From NCBI GenBank assembly GCA_964517155.1, contig CAZFAZ010000059.1, positions 1 through 48,235 on the forward strand: a stretch of 48,235 bases of DNA. Direction: 5' to 3'. Numbering within the stretch: position 1 is the first letter of the stretch; the number at the start of each line of letters is the position of its first letter. Under the pieces are notes generated by a model, which saw only the letters and a list, made by a program, of their open reading frames with translations, did not search any database and had not been told where the DNA came from. Of this stretch, positions 9,276-17,088 are shown one piece after another. A program made the translations under genes and the position numbers. The DNA comes from an uncultured Thermoplasmatales archaeon (GTDB lineage Archaea; Thermoplasmatota; E2; DHVEG-1).

Positions 9276-10370
9276 GTGAAAAACAAAGAAAAAGGTAAAA
9301 AAACTGTTAAATTTTCAATTATAGCAAGTATCCTTCTTAGTTTGATAGTTATTCTAGTTGTGCTGTACTTAACAATTAATCCTAGCGATATTGAACTTTT
9401 GAAGAAAATAAATATTCATTATGAGTTTTTTGCAACTGCAATTTTTCTAAATTTTCTTAGCTGGTGTATCTGGGGATTAAGATTAAAAATATTAAGCAAC
9501 GCTAGTGATAAAGACATAAACATTAGCTGGTGGAAATCAACAAAAATTATAATGGCAAATCATTTTCTTGCAGGTATCACACCTAGCATGGCTGGTGGTG
9601 AACCGGTTCGCATATATCTTCTTAACAGAGAAGGAATGAGTACAGGATGTGCAACTGCAAGTGTTTTGGGCGAGCGTTTAATCGACGCTATTTTTTTATT
9701 GTTTTGTGTACCCTTTGCATTGTTTATTCTAAGAAATAATCTAAAGGATATTGGGATAAGTGTTGTAGGAATTGGTCTTACTTTAAGTGTCATAATTTTT
9801 TTAATTGCAATCTTTTTGTTTTTTTATGCTATTTTTAAACCTGAGAAAACAAAAAAATTTTTGATATGGTTAAATAAAAAATTTAGTCGTTTTTCAAATA
9901 AAAAAGGAAAAGAAATTGTTGAAAGAATTAGTGGCGAAGTTGATAATTTTCATTGCAGCATGATGGTTTTCTTAAAAGAAAAAAAAGGAATTTTTGTTTT
10001 ATCCAGTGTTTTAACTGTTTTTATGTGGCTATGTTCATGGCTCATTGCTTCTTGCATACTTATGAGTTTAGGATTAGACCCGTTTGTTGTTGAGTCTATT
10101 GCGGTACAAGTGTTTTTGATTATTCTTGTTATGATGCCTACTACGCCTGGTGCCGCAGGTGTCACTGAAGGTGGAGCCTCCGGATTATATTATTTTATAG
10201 TTGGTGAATCTAATTTGTATCTTCTCGGCATTTTTGTGCTTATATTTAGAAGCATAACATATTATATGAATTTGATAGTTGGCGTAATTTTTCAGTATCG
10301 CATTTTTAAATCTGTTTTATCATTTAGCAAAGATATCGTTAAAAAACAAGATTCTGATAAAAAATGTTAA
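9276..10370 (+). CDS. Integral membrane protein, lysyl-phosphatidylglycerol-synthase transmembrane-region / flippase-like family
   Basis: At least 8 transmembrane segments with the motif GITPSMAGGEPVRIYLL and a second TTPGAAGVTEGG loop, typical of this family. GTG start. Confidence 0.65.
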   Translation: MKNKEKGKKTVKFSIIASILLSLIVILVVLYLTINPSDIELLKKINIHYEFFATAIFLNFLSWCIWGLRLKILSNASDKDINISWWKSTKIIMANHFLAGITPSMAGGEPVRIYLLNREGMSTGCATASVLGERLIDAIFLLFCVPFALFILRNNLKDIGISVVGIGLTLSVIIFLIAIFLFFYAIFKPEKTKKFLIWLNKKFSRFSNKKGKEIVERISGEVDNFHCSMMVFLKEKKGIFVLSSVLTVFMWLCSWLIASCILMSLGLDPFVVESIAVQVFLIILVMMPTTPGAAGVTEGGASGLYYFIVGESNLYLLGIFVLIFRSITYYMNLIVGVIFQYRIFKSVLSFSKDIVKKQDSDKKC

Positions 10371-10373
10371 TCT

Positions 10374-11102
10374 TTAAAAATAATATTTTTTAGGATAAAA
10401 TATCAGTACCTCCGAATGTAAAAATCTACCACGGAAAGCATCATCTCCTGAAGAAGAATCGCTATTAGAACATCGATTTTTACGAGCAGTTTTACTCTGT
10501 TTTTTACCAAAGAGACTAAGTTTTTCCTTTTTTGATAGATTTACATCAAAAACATTTGATATCTCCGCAATCTCCTGATAACAAAAAATCTTAGATTTCC
10601 TATGCTGAATAATTGATTTTAAAGCAATCTTGTTCTTATCATCAAGATAATAAACTGCTCCTCCACCGATTTGTGATCGTTGAATCATAGGCAGATATCT
10701 TTTAAGTCTTCGAAGTTGATGAGTATTCTCCCTAGTAGAAACAACATATCCTTCTTTCAATAATTCTTTGAGTAAATCCAGTGTTTTACCCACAAGACCC
10801 TCCTCACGATACACATGATTAGGAAGATCCTGTGTATAATAATACACAGCACCAAATTTCAAACCTCTTTCCTTTGCTATCTTATATTTTGATTTACCCC
10901 TAAGAACTTCCTCTCGAATCCCTTGTATGAGCTCCTCTGAAAATTGTCCCTCCTTTTTTGGACTAGGTATGCCCTTAGCAAACTTATAAACAGTAGAAAG
11001 ACCAATACCCAACTCTTTTGCAATACACTGTTTAGACTTTCCACAAAGAGCAAGTTCACGAATTTTTCTAATGACTTCTTTAGATAATTGCCCTGTCATC
11101 AT
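10374..11102 (-). CDS. DNA-binding protein with two tandem resolvase/Hin-like HTH repeats and an unknown C-terminal domain
   Basis: Internal repeat: KIRELALCGKSKQCIAKELGIGLSTVYKFAKGIP versus GIREEVLRGKSKYKIAKERGLKFGAVYYYTQDLP. Confidence 0.55.
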   Translation of the reverse strand: MMTGQLSKEVIRKIRELALCGKSKQCIAKELGIGLSTVYKFAKGIPSPKKEGQFSEELIQGIREEVLRGKSKYKIAKERGLKFGAVYYYTQDLPNHVYREEGLVGKTLDLLKELLKEGYVVSTRENTHQLRRLKRYLPMIQRSQIGGGAVYYLDDKNKIALKSIIQHRKSKIFCYQEIAEISNVFDVNLSKKEKLSLFGKKQSKTARKNRCSNSDSSSGDDAFRGRFLHSEVLIFYPKKYYF

Positions 11103-11328
11103 TTTCTATGTTGAAAGCGTATATAAAAAGTTAATCAAAGAAACCGATTTTTAGACGAAATTTATTTTAATTTATATGCTAGAATATTTTTAGTATGCGT
11201 GAAATCCAGTTTTTGTCGTTTTCCACCAAAAATAAAACAAAATCACTTTTTTTAGTATTTTGTAGGAATTTCTTGATAACGGGCTTTATGTTGTAATAAG
11301 ATATTATTAAAATAGAGGCAAAAAAAGA

Positions 11329-12261
11329 ATGACTGAATGTAAATGCCCAAATATTTACAATACACCAAAAATCCAAGAATATAATTTTACTGAGAAAATC
11401 AATAGTTTTAAGAAATTCGTATTAAATGAATTTATTCATGGAGGTCACTTAGCTGCATTAAGTGTTATGGCAATTGCTCTTTCAGCTATACTTCTTTTCA
11501 ATATGTCAATAAAATTCGAATTGCTTCTTACCGTTTATCTATTAACATTATGTGTATATAGTTATGATCACTACAAAGAACTTAAAGAAGAGTCATTAGG
11601 AAATAAAGATAGATTAGATCATCTTAAGAAATATAATAAAATGCTTCCTTTGTTACTACTTTCCTATGGACTAATATTTTTGTTTGTGCTTTTTTATTTT
11701 GGAACATTTGGTAGTATAATAATTGGATTACTGCTTTTATTTTCGGGGTTATTATATACTGAAAAATTCAAAAAAATAACGGAAAAAATAGCAGGATTTA
11801 AGAACATATACACATCTTTTTCGATTTCATCATTAGTTATTTTAATTGCCGTCTACTACTCTGCATCTATCATAACTTGGTCATTAATTCTAATTTTTAC
11901 AATTCTTTTCCTACGCTTAATGATTAATACGAGTTTTTGTGATATAAAAGATATTGATTCCGATAAAAAAAATAATCTGTTAACTTTACCAATAATTTTT
12001 GGTAAAAGTAAATTTTTAAAATTTCTTCATTTCATTAATTTATCATTTATTATTCCAATAATTTTTGGAGTATACATTGGAGCGCTACCAATATTCTCTT
12101 TATTTTTGCTAATATCCTCAATTTATAGCTTTTTATACGTTTATAAGACAAAAAAAGAAACAATAGATGTAAAATCAATTTCATCAACTCTTGTTGATGG
12201 TGAATTTATAATATGGCCAGTTTTACTTTTCCTAGGAAGAATTTTTATATTGACAATATAA
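11329..12261 (+). CDS. UbiA-superfamily prenyltransferase-like membrane protein, paralog 1
   Basis: About 8 transmembrane segments. Second Asp-rich motif NTSFCDIKDIDSDKKNNLLTLPIIFG. The first-motif position reads YSYDHYKELKEE rather than NDxxDxxxD. Confidence 0.7.
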   Translation: MTECKCPNIYNTPKIQEYNFTEKINSFKKFVLNEFIHGGHLAALSVMAIALSAILLFNMSIKFELLLTVYLLTLCVYSYDHYKELKEESLGNKDRLDHLKKYNKMLPLLLLSYGLIFLFVLFYFGTFGSIIIGLLLLFSGLLYTEKFKKITEKIAGFKNIYTSFSISSLVILIAVYYSASIITWSLILIFTILFLRLMINTSFCDIKDIDSDKKNNLLTLPIIFGKSKFLKFLHFINLSFIIPIIFGVYIGALPIFSLFLLISSIYSFLYVYKTKKETIDVKSISSTLVDGEFIIWPVLLFLGRIFILTI

Positions 12262-12316
12262 AACAATAAACATATTAAAAAAATAACATTATTTATATAA
12301 TGAATTGCATATTAAT

Positions 12317-13171
12317 ATGTCGATGAAATACTCAAATATCATTTGGAACGAATTCATCTATGGCAGTCATTGGGGCTCACTGAATGCTATAGCTATTTCA
12401 TTATCAGCAATTCTTCTTCTTAATATTAGTATTAAATGGGAGTTTTTACTCATATCATATCTACTTACTCAATGTATCTACTCTTACAACCATTGCAAAG
12501 AAATAGAGATAGATTCTATTTCAAATGTTCCAAGAGTAGAGCATCTAAAAAGATACAGTAATGTCCTTCCATTATTGACTGGTTTTTATGGCGTTTTGTT
12601 TTTTAGTTTATTGATATATTTTGGTAATAAAGAAAGTATCTTTTTTGGTGGGTTCTTATTGCTACTAGGGTTATTATTTACAATAATTGGTAAGAAAATT
12701 TCCAAAAAGATAATTGGTTTTAAATCTGTTTATACTGCTTCCGCATGGGCCTTTTTAATTATTTTTACAGCGATCTATCATTCATTTCCAATAAATAGTG
12801 CAATATTAATAATTTGGATATTTGTTTTTCTAAGATTAATGATTAACACAAGTTTCTCAGATATAAAAGATATTGAAGGCGATAGAAAGGAAAAGCTCAT
12901 TACTTTACCAATGATTTTTAAAAATCCTAATAATTGGTTAAATTTCCTTCACTTGTTGAATATAATTTCATTTACTCCTTTATTATTTGGAATACTTCTA
13001 AACATTATTCCAATATATGCCTTATTTTTATTTTTTACATATTTTTATACTTTCTATTATTTACAAAAAGCAAAGATAAAGAATAGTGACAAAAACTCTT
13101 TATATAACGTACTAGTGGATGGAGAATACTATTATTGGCCATTTCTATTACTTTTAGGATTAATTATTTAA
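12317..13171 (+). CDS. UbiA-superfamily prenyltransferase-like membrane protein, paralog 2
   Basis: Colinear with the upstream gene at roughly 40% identity by eye. NTSFSDIKDIEGDRKEKLITLPMIF. The first-motif position reads YSYNHCKEIEID. Confidence 0.7.
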   Translation: MSMKYSNIIWNEFIYGSHWGSLNAIAISLSAILLLNISIKWEFLLISYLLTQCIYSYNHCKEIEIDSISNVPRVEHLKRYSNVLPLLTGFYGVLFFSLLIYFGNKESIFFGGFLLLLGLLFTIIGKKISKKIIGFKSVYTASAWAFLIIFTAIYHSFPINSAILIIWIFVFLRLMINTSFSDIKDIEGDRKEKLITLPMIFKNPNNWLNFLHLLNIISFTPLLFGILLNIIPIYALFLFFTYFYTFYYLQKAKIKNSDKNSLYNVLVDGEYYYWPFLLLLGLII

Positions 13172-13238
13172 TATAAGGCCACTCAAAGCAAACATATATA
13201 TAGTATAATATAAATAAAAATATTGAAGGCGATATAGT

Positions 13239-14363
13239 TTGATTAACGATATTGTAATTATAGGCGGGGGTCCTGCAGGATCTTATCTCGGGTATCTTCT
13301 TGCAAAAAATGGCAAAAAACCGATTATTTTTGATCATTCACACCCACGAGAAAAACCATGTGGTGGAGGCATTACAGCTCTTGCAATAGAAAAATTTCCT
13401 TTCGTACAAAAATTCCCTGGAGAAAAGATACCAGAACATGGAATTGAACTTATTTCTCCAGATGGCTTAAGTGTTATGTCTACAGGCAAAAATCCTTCTT
13501 TTACATTCCCAAGGTTACTATTTGATAAATTTATCTTAGATGAAGCTGTAAAAGAGGGCTGCAAGCTTATCGAAGAAAAAGTAATTGATATAGAATTGAA
13601 AAATGATATATGGGAGATTAAAACTAAAAAAAAGAGTTACAAAGCTAAAATTATAATTGGTGCAGATGGAGTGAATAGTATTGTCCGTAAAAAAATCCTT
13701 AGTCCCATACCACAAGAAGATATTGGTATCTGTTATGGTTGCTTTGCAACGAGCAAAAAAACTGAGATACCACGTATCAAATTTTTAGAAAACAAACAAG
13801 GATATATATGGTGTGCAACACGTAATGACCACCTTAGCATTGGAATCGGTGCAGAATCATCAAATCCAAAGAATATTAAAAAAATTTTTAACGATTTTTT
13901 ATCGTCATATTATCCCGATATCACAATTACTTCCACATGGGGTGCAAAGATTCCACATGTAAAAAACCATAATTTTTACAAAACTAAATGCTCAGGTAAA
14001 AATTGGATATTAATTGGCGATGCTGCGGGACATGTTGATTCAATTAGTGGTGAAGGGATAACGTATGCGTTATGGTCTGCAGAATTAGCAAGTAAAGCAT
14101 TAATTAATAATGATCCTCTCTCCTACGATAAACTATGGAGAGACAGATATGGGGAAGAATTAATTGCTAGTTGTAAAATGAGAGATGTCTTTTATAACCC
14201 CCGGTTACTTAAATTTGTATTAAAACTAGCAAAGGAAAATAAAACAATTTCAACATTGTTATATGATGTTATGAATAGTCAACAACCTTATCAAAATCTA
14301 ATCGGAAGAGCCATCATTGATTTTCCTAAAATATTCAAAGATTATGTCAAAAGTCGTATTTAG
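13239..14363 (+). CDS. Geranylgeranyl reductase family FAD-dependent oxidoreductase
   Basis: IIGGGPAGSYLG (dinucleotide fold), PREKPCGGGI, GADGVNSIVRKK and GDAAGHVDSISGEGITYA, all hallmarks of the GGR family. TTG start. Confidence 0.85.
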   Translation: MINDIVIIGGGPAGSYLGYLLAKNGKKPIIFDHSHPREKPCGGGITALAIEKFPFVQKFPGEKIPEHGIELISPDGLSVMSTGKNPSFTFPRLLFDKFILDEAVKEGCKLIEEKVIDIELKNDIWEIKTKKKSYKAKIIIGADGVNSIVRKKILSPIPQEDIGICYGCFATSKKTEIPRIKFLENKQGYIWCATRNDHLSIGIGAESSNPKNIKKIFNDFLSSYYPDITITSTWGAKIPHVKNHNFYKTKCSGKNWILIGDAAGHVDSISGEGITYALWSAELASKALINNDPLSYDKLWRDRYGEELIASCKMRDVFYNPRLLKFVLKLAKENKTISTLLYDVMNSQQPYQNLIGRAIIDFPKIFKDYVKSRI

Positions 14364-14400
14364 TTACTTTATTTTTCTATCAATATATTTTTTTCAGAAT

Positions 14401-14443
14401 TTCCAGAAAACTTTATAACTCCAGAATATATTTATTTCTGGAA
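14401..14443 (+). promoter_or_regulatory. 9-nt inverted repeat TTCCAGAAA ... TTTCTGGAA bracketing a TATA-like TTTATAAC; candidate operator/promoter of the KaiC-like operon
   Basis: Arms at 14401..14409 and 14435..14443; TATA-like box at 14412..14419; GGAGGGG Shine-Dalgarno at 14463. Confidence 0.35.
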
Positions 14444-14476
14444 AGTATTATATTCGAAATTGGAGGGGTATAATTG

Positions 14477-15232
14477 ATGGATAACTTAGAATTTGAAAAC
14501 GCTGGAAGAATCAAATCAGGAATAAGTGGATTAGATGAATATATTCAAGGAGGTTTTCCAAAAGGTAGTACTATTGTTGTTACTGGTTCAGCAGGTAGTG
14601 GAAAAAGCATTTTTGGAATGCAATATTTGAGTGAAGGATTAAAAAATAATGAGAAATGTTTATACATAAACGTTGAACAAACATCTGAGAAAATAGTTTC
14701 CCAGGCAAAACATTTTAATTGGGCTTTTGACCAATGGGAAAATGAAGGCAGACTTAAAATTTGGTCTATCAGTCCACATGATCTTTTTGAAATGAAACAT
14801 TTAAACAATATTAAACAAGACATCATGGAAAATAATTATGACAGAGTTGTAATTGATAGTATAACATCTTTAGTATATGCACCATATACCGCAAATAATA
14901 TTGTAAACCTTGCAGATAAAGGTTTAGGGCCTCGCTCCATTATTGAAATGAGTCGAGCTGAAGTAATAGCATTAATAGATTTCTTACAAAGCCATAATAT
15001 AACTACAGTTGTAATATCTCAAAAAATTGATGGAATGCCGGGAGATACCTACGATATGACTAGTGAATTCAAAGCAGATGGGTTACTTCTTATGGGCGCA
15101 AAAATCCTTGGAAAAACATCAAATAGAACTTTACAAATCAAAAAATTACGTAAAACAAAGATCGATATAATTCCACTTAGCTTTGACTTTACAGATACAG
15201 GTATCGCTATACTAAAAAATGAAGAAGTTTAA
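14477..15232 (+). CDS. Single-domain KaiC-like / RecA-superfamily ATPase
   Basis: Walker A VTGSAGSGKSIFGMQY; Walker B-like YDRVVIDSITSL. The length (about 250 aa) and layout match archaeal KaiC/RadA-like ATPases. Confidence 0.85.
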   Translation: MDNLEFENAGRIKSGISGLDEYIQGGFPKGSTIVVTGSAGSGKSIFGMQYLSEGLKNNEKCLYINVEQTSEKIVSQAKHFNWAFDQWENEGRLKIWSISPHDLFEMKHLNNIKQDIMENNYDRVVIDSITSLVYAPYTANNIVNLADKGLGPRSIIEMSRAEVIALIDFLQSHNITTVVISQKIDGMPGDTYDMTSEFKADGLLLMGAKILGKTSNRTLQIKKLRKTKIDIIPLSFDFTDTGIAILKNEEV

Positions 15233-15234
15233 AT

Positions 15235-16368
15235 ATGCCTGTAAAAGATAGAGTAGTCACTTGGTGGATTCAAAATATAGTTACTCCTCAAAGAGAAATA
15301 ATAGATAAGCCAGGTTTTGTAATAACTACTTTTACAGAAAAAGACCAGATGACTTACTTAAGAGATATTTTTTTTGCAGAAGAGCTCTTTGAATTAATTG
15401 AAAATAAAATCGTACAAAATTATGGAGATCAAGGAAAACAAACATTGTATTCCGCAGGTAAAAAAAATGGCTATCTATATGCCTCAATCTCAAATTTTCC
15501 CAATATAAAAGAAAATTCTAAAAAAACAGTTTCGGACTTTGCCTATTTATTTGTAAGATATTGTGAAGGTGTATTTGCTCAAAAAGCCAAACATGAAATA
15601 GATATAGATAAAAAGATATTTTCAATGGATCTTGAGGATTATATAGTATGCCGTCATAATGGTCATGGTTATATAATGAACGATGGCGGAAGTGCAGGCA
15701 TCTGGGCATATTTAATGCAGGACAAATTAATAGAAGGAGTACAATTAGAGTGTCAAGGTAGAGGCGATGAAAGATGTTTTGTAATGTGTGCTCCAAAAAA
15801 AGAACTTCTTACTAAGAAAGATGAAATTTTTTATGAAAACAATCTAACTAATCAGAAATTTGATGAAATTTATCAAATAAGAAATGAAATCCGTGAAGAT
15901 ACTTATGCTCAACTATCTCTTAGAGATATGATTGATGCTGGTTTTTTTGATTATAAAAAAGGAATACTTTCATATAAAAATAGTAGATTTTTTGGTTCGG
16001 AATCGCATATATTTTATATTATCGAAAATGAAATATCAAAATTAGAAGGTGGAGAACAACTATTGTTTGATATTTGTGTTGAATATGGTAAATCTCTTAG
16101 GAAACTATATGGAGAAAGAGATTATCAAAAATTTATAATGGATTTTTTTTCTGCTTTGGGTTTTGGTGATATAACTTTTTTAGATTCAAATACTATTGTT
16201 GCAAGTTATTATCCTTGGACAATATTTTCAGAAAAATCAAAATATATAATCTTTAGAGGCATATTATCAGGAATAGTATCTGATTCACTTGAAAAAAAAG
16301 TAGAATTTAATGATTATAAAATTGATGTTGAAGATTTTTTGACATTAACTATCAAACAAAAAAATTAA
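15235..16368 (+). CDS. Hypothetical protein with an N-terminal V4R-like (4-vinyl-reductase-type) domain and a degenerate second copy
   Basis: The start is 2 nt after the KaiC-like stop. CRHNGHGY...GGSAGIWAYL...EGVQLECQGRGDERCFVMC resembles the V4R C-x-G...E-x-x-C-x-x-G-x-x-x-C-x-F pattern. Confidence 0.45.
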   Translation: MPVKDRVVTWWIQNIVTPQREIIDKPGFVITTFTEKDQMTYLRDIFFAEELFELIENKIVQNYGDQGKQTLYSAGKKNGYLYASISNFPNIKENSKKTVSDFAYLFVRYCEGVFAQKAKHEIDIDKKIFSMDLEDYIVCRHNGHGYIMNDGGSAGIWAYLMQDKLIEGVQLECQGRGDERCFVMCAPKKELLTKKDEIFYENNLTNQKFDEIYQIRNEIREDTYAQLSLRDMIDAGFFDYKKGILSYKNSRFFGSESHIFYIIENEISKLEGGEQLLFDICVEYGKSLRKLYGERDYQKFIMDFFSALGFGDITFLDSNTIVASYYPWTIFSEKSKYIIFRGILSGIVSDSLEKKVEFNDYKIDVEDFLTLTIKQKN

Positions 16369-16901
16369 CCGTAAAATTCAATAAATCTATTATCTGTTTG
16401 TTTTGCATTCAAATTTGATGGTGTATTTATCTTATGTTTTTCAGTTAGGTCTAACTTTTTTTTAACATAATCTTGAACCCATTTATTTGCCATCTGTTGG
16501 GCTTTAAATTCTTTATCAGAAACAAAATCTTTATTATTTTCTAATGACCAAAAACCCGAATCATTATCTAAATAACAATGAGCAATCTGAATAAGTATGA
16601 AACCAAAAATTTCATCATCTGTATAATCCCATAAAAAAGAAGAGAAATGAACAATGAATTCAAATTCATTATCTTTTTTTGTATTGAAACGAACAACCTC
16701 CTAGGAATTATCGTTCGAATCCCAACAAAACAAAATTTGCCTCTTATTAAAATAATTTAGTACTTCATCAAGCAGAACATATAGTGCTTTAAAAAGAAGT
16801 TCTTTAGGACGGGTTGAGTTTGAATTTGGAGGAAATCTATATCTTACTTTGAATTTTTTCTTATTTTTATCTTTGCTTTTCAAATTCATAAAATATCTCA
16901 T
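16365..16901 (-). pseudogene. 179-codon frame (177 sense codons) interrupted by one in-frame TAG (16701..16703); putative toxin-position partner of the upstream AbrB-like gene
   Basis: My manual translation gives 66 codons, then TAG, then 111 further stop-free codons in the same frame ending at TAA 16365..16367. A stop-free run that long is unexpected by chance at this AT content. Confidence 0.5.
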
Positions 16902-16908
16902 TTTGTAT

Positions 16909-17079
16909 TTAATTCATTGGTATGACTATGATTACTAATTTTCCATCCTTTATTTCTATATTCCACTCCAACTCATCTTTTTCTTTTAACTTAAAGTGAC
17001 TTACTACCCCAGATGGAACAGTAGTCCTAAGCGAATCGCTTTTAGATGTTGCTTTTGTTAATCTTGTTATTTCACCCAT
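16909..17079 (-). CDS. AbrB/SpoVT (MazE/VapB-like) swapped-hairpin DNA-binding protein, 56 aa
   Basis: Not in the ORF track (under 60 aa). My translation: MGEITRLTKATSKSDSLRTTVPSGVVSHFKLKEKDELEWNIEIKDGKLVIIVIPMN. The R-x-T-V-P-x-x-V ... G-D/K-x-L pattern fits AbrB-type antitoxins. The stop lies 7 nt before the next ATG. Confidence 0.6.
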   Translation of the reverse strand: MGEITRLTKATSKSDSLRTTVPSGVVSHFKLKEKDELEWNIEIKDGKLVIIVIPMN

Positions 17080-17088
17080 AAAGATCAA

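Noticed and set aside
11329-13171. Annotating the UbiA-like pair as canonical DGGGP synthase, MenA or UbiA
   Set aside because: The first NDxxDxxxD motif is not recognisable in either paralog. Only superfamily membership is supportable from the sequence.
12871-13234. 14-nt exact repeat TATTGAAGGCGATA at 12871..12884 and 13221..13234
   Set aside because: A few exact 14-mers are expected by chance in 48 kb of biased composition. One copy is simply the codons for the DIEGD motif, and there is no flanking similarity.
16701-16703. In-frame TAG read as pyrrolysine
   Set aside because: TAG serves as an ordinary stop for at least three well-supported genes in this window (ends at 9227, 14363 and 18795). 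No pyl genes or methylamine methyltransferases are visible. Pseudogenisation next to an IS is the simpler explanation.
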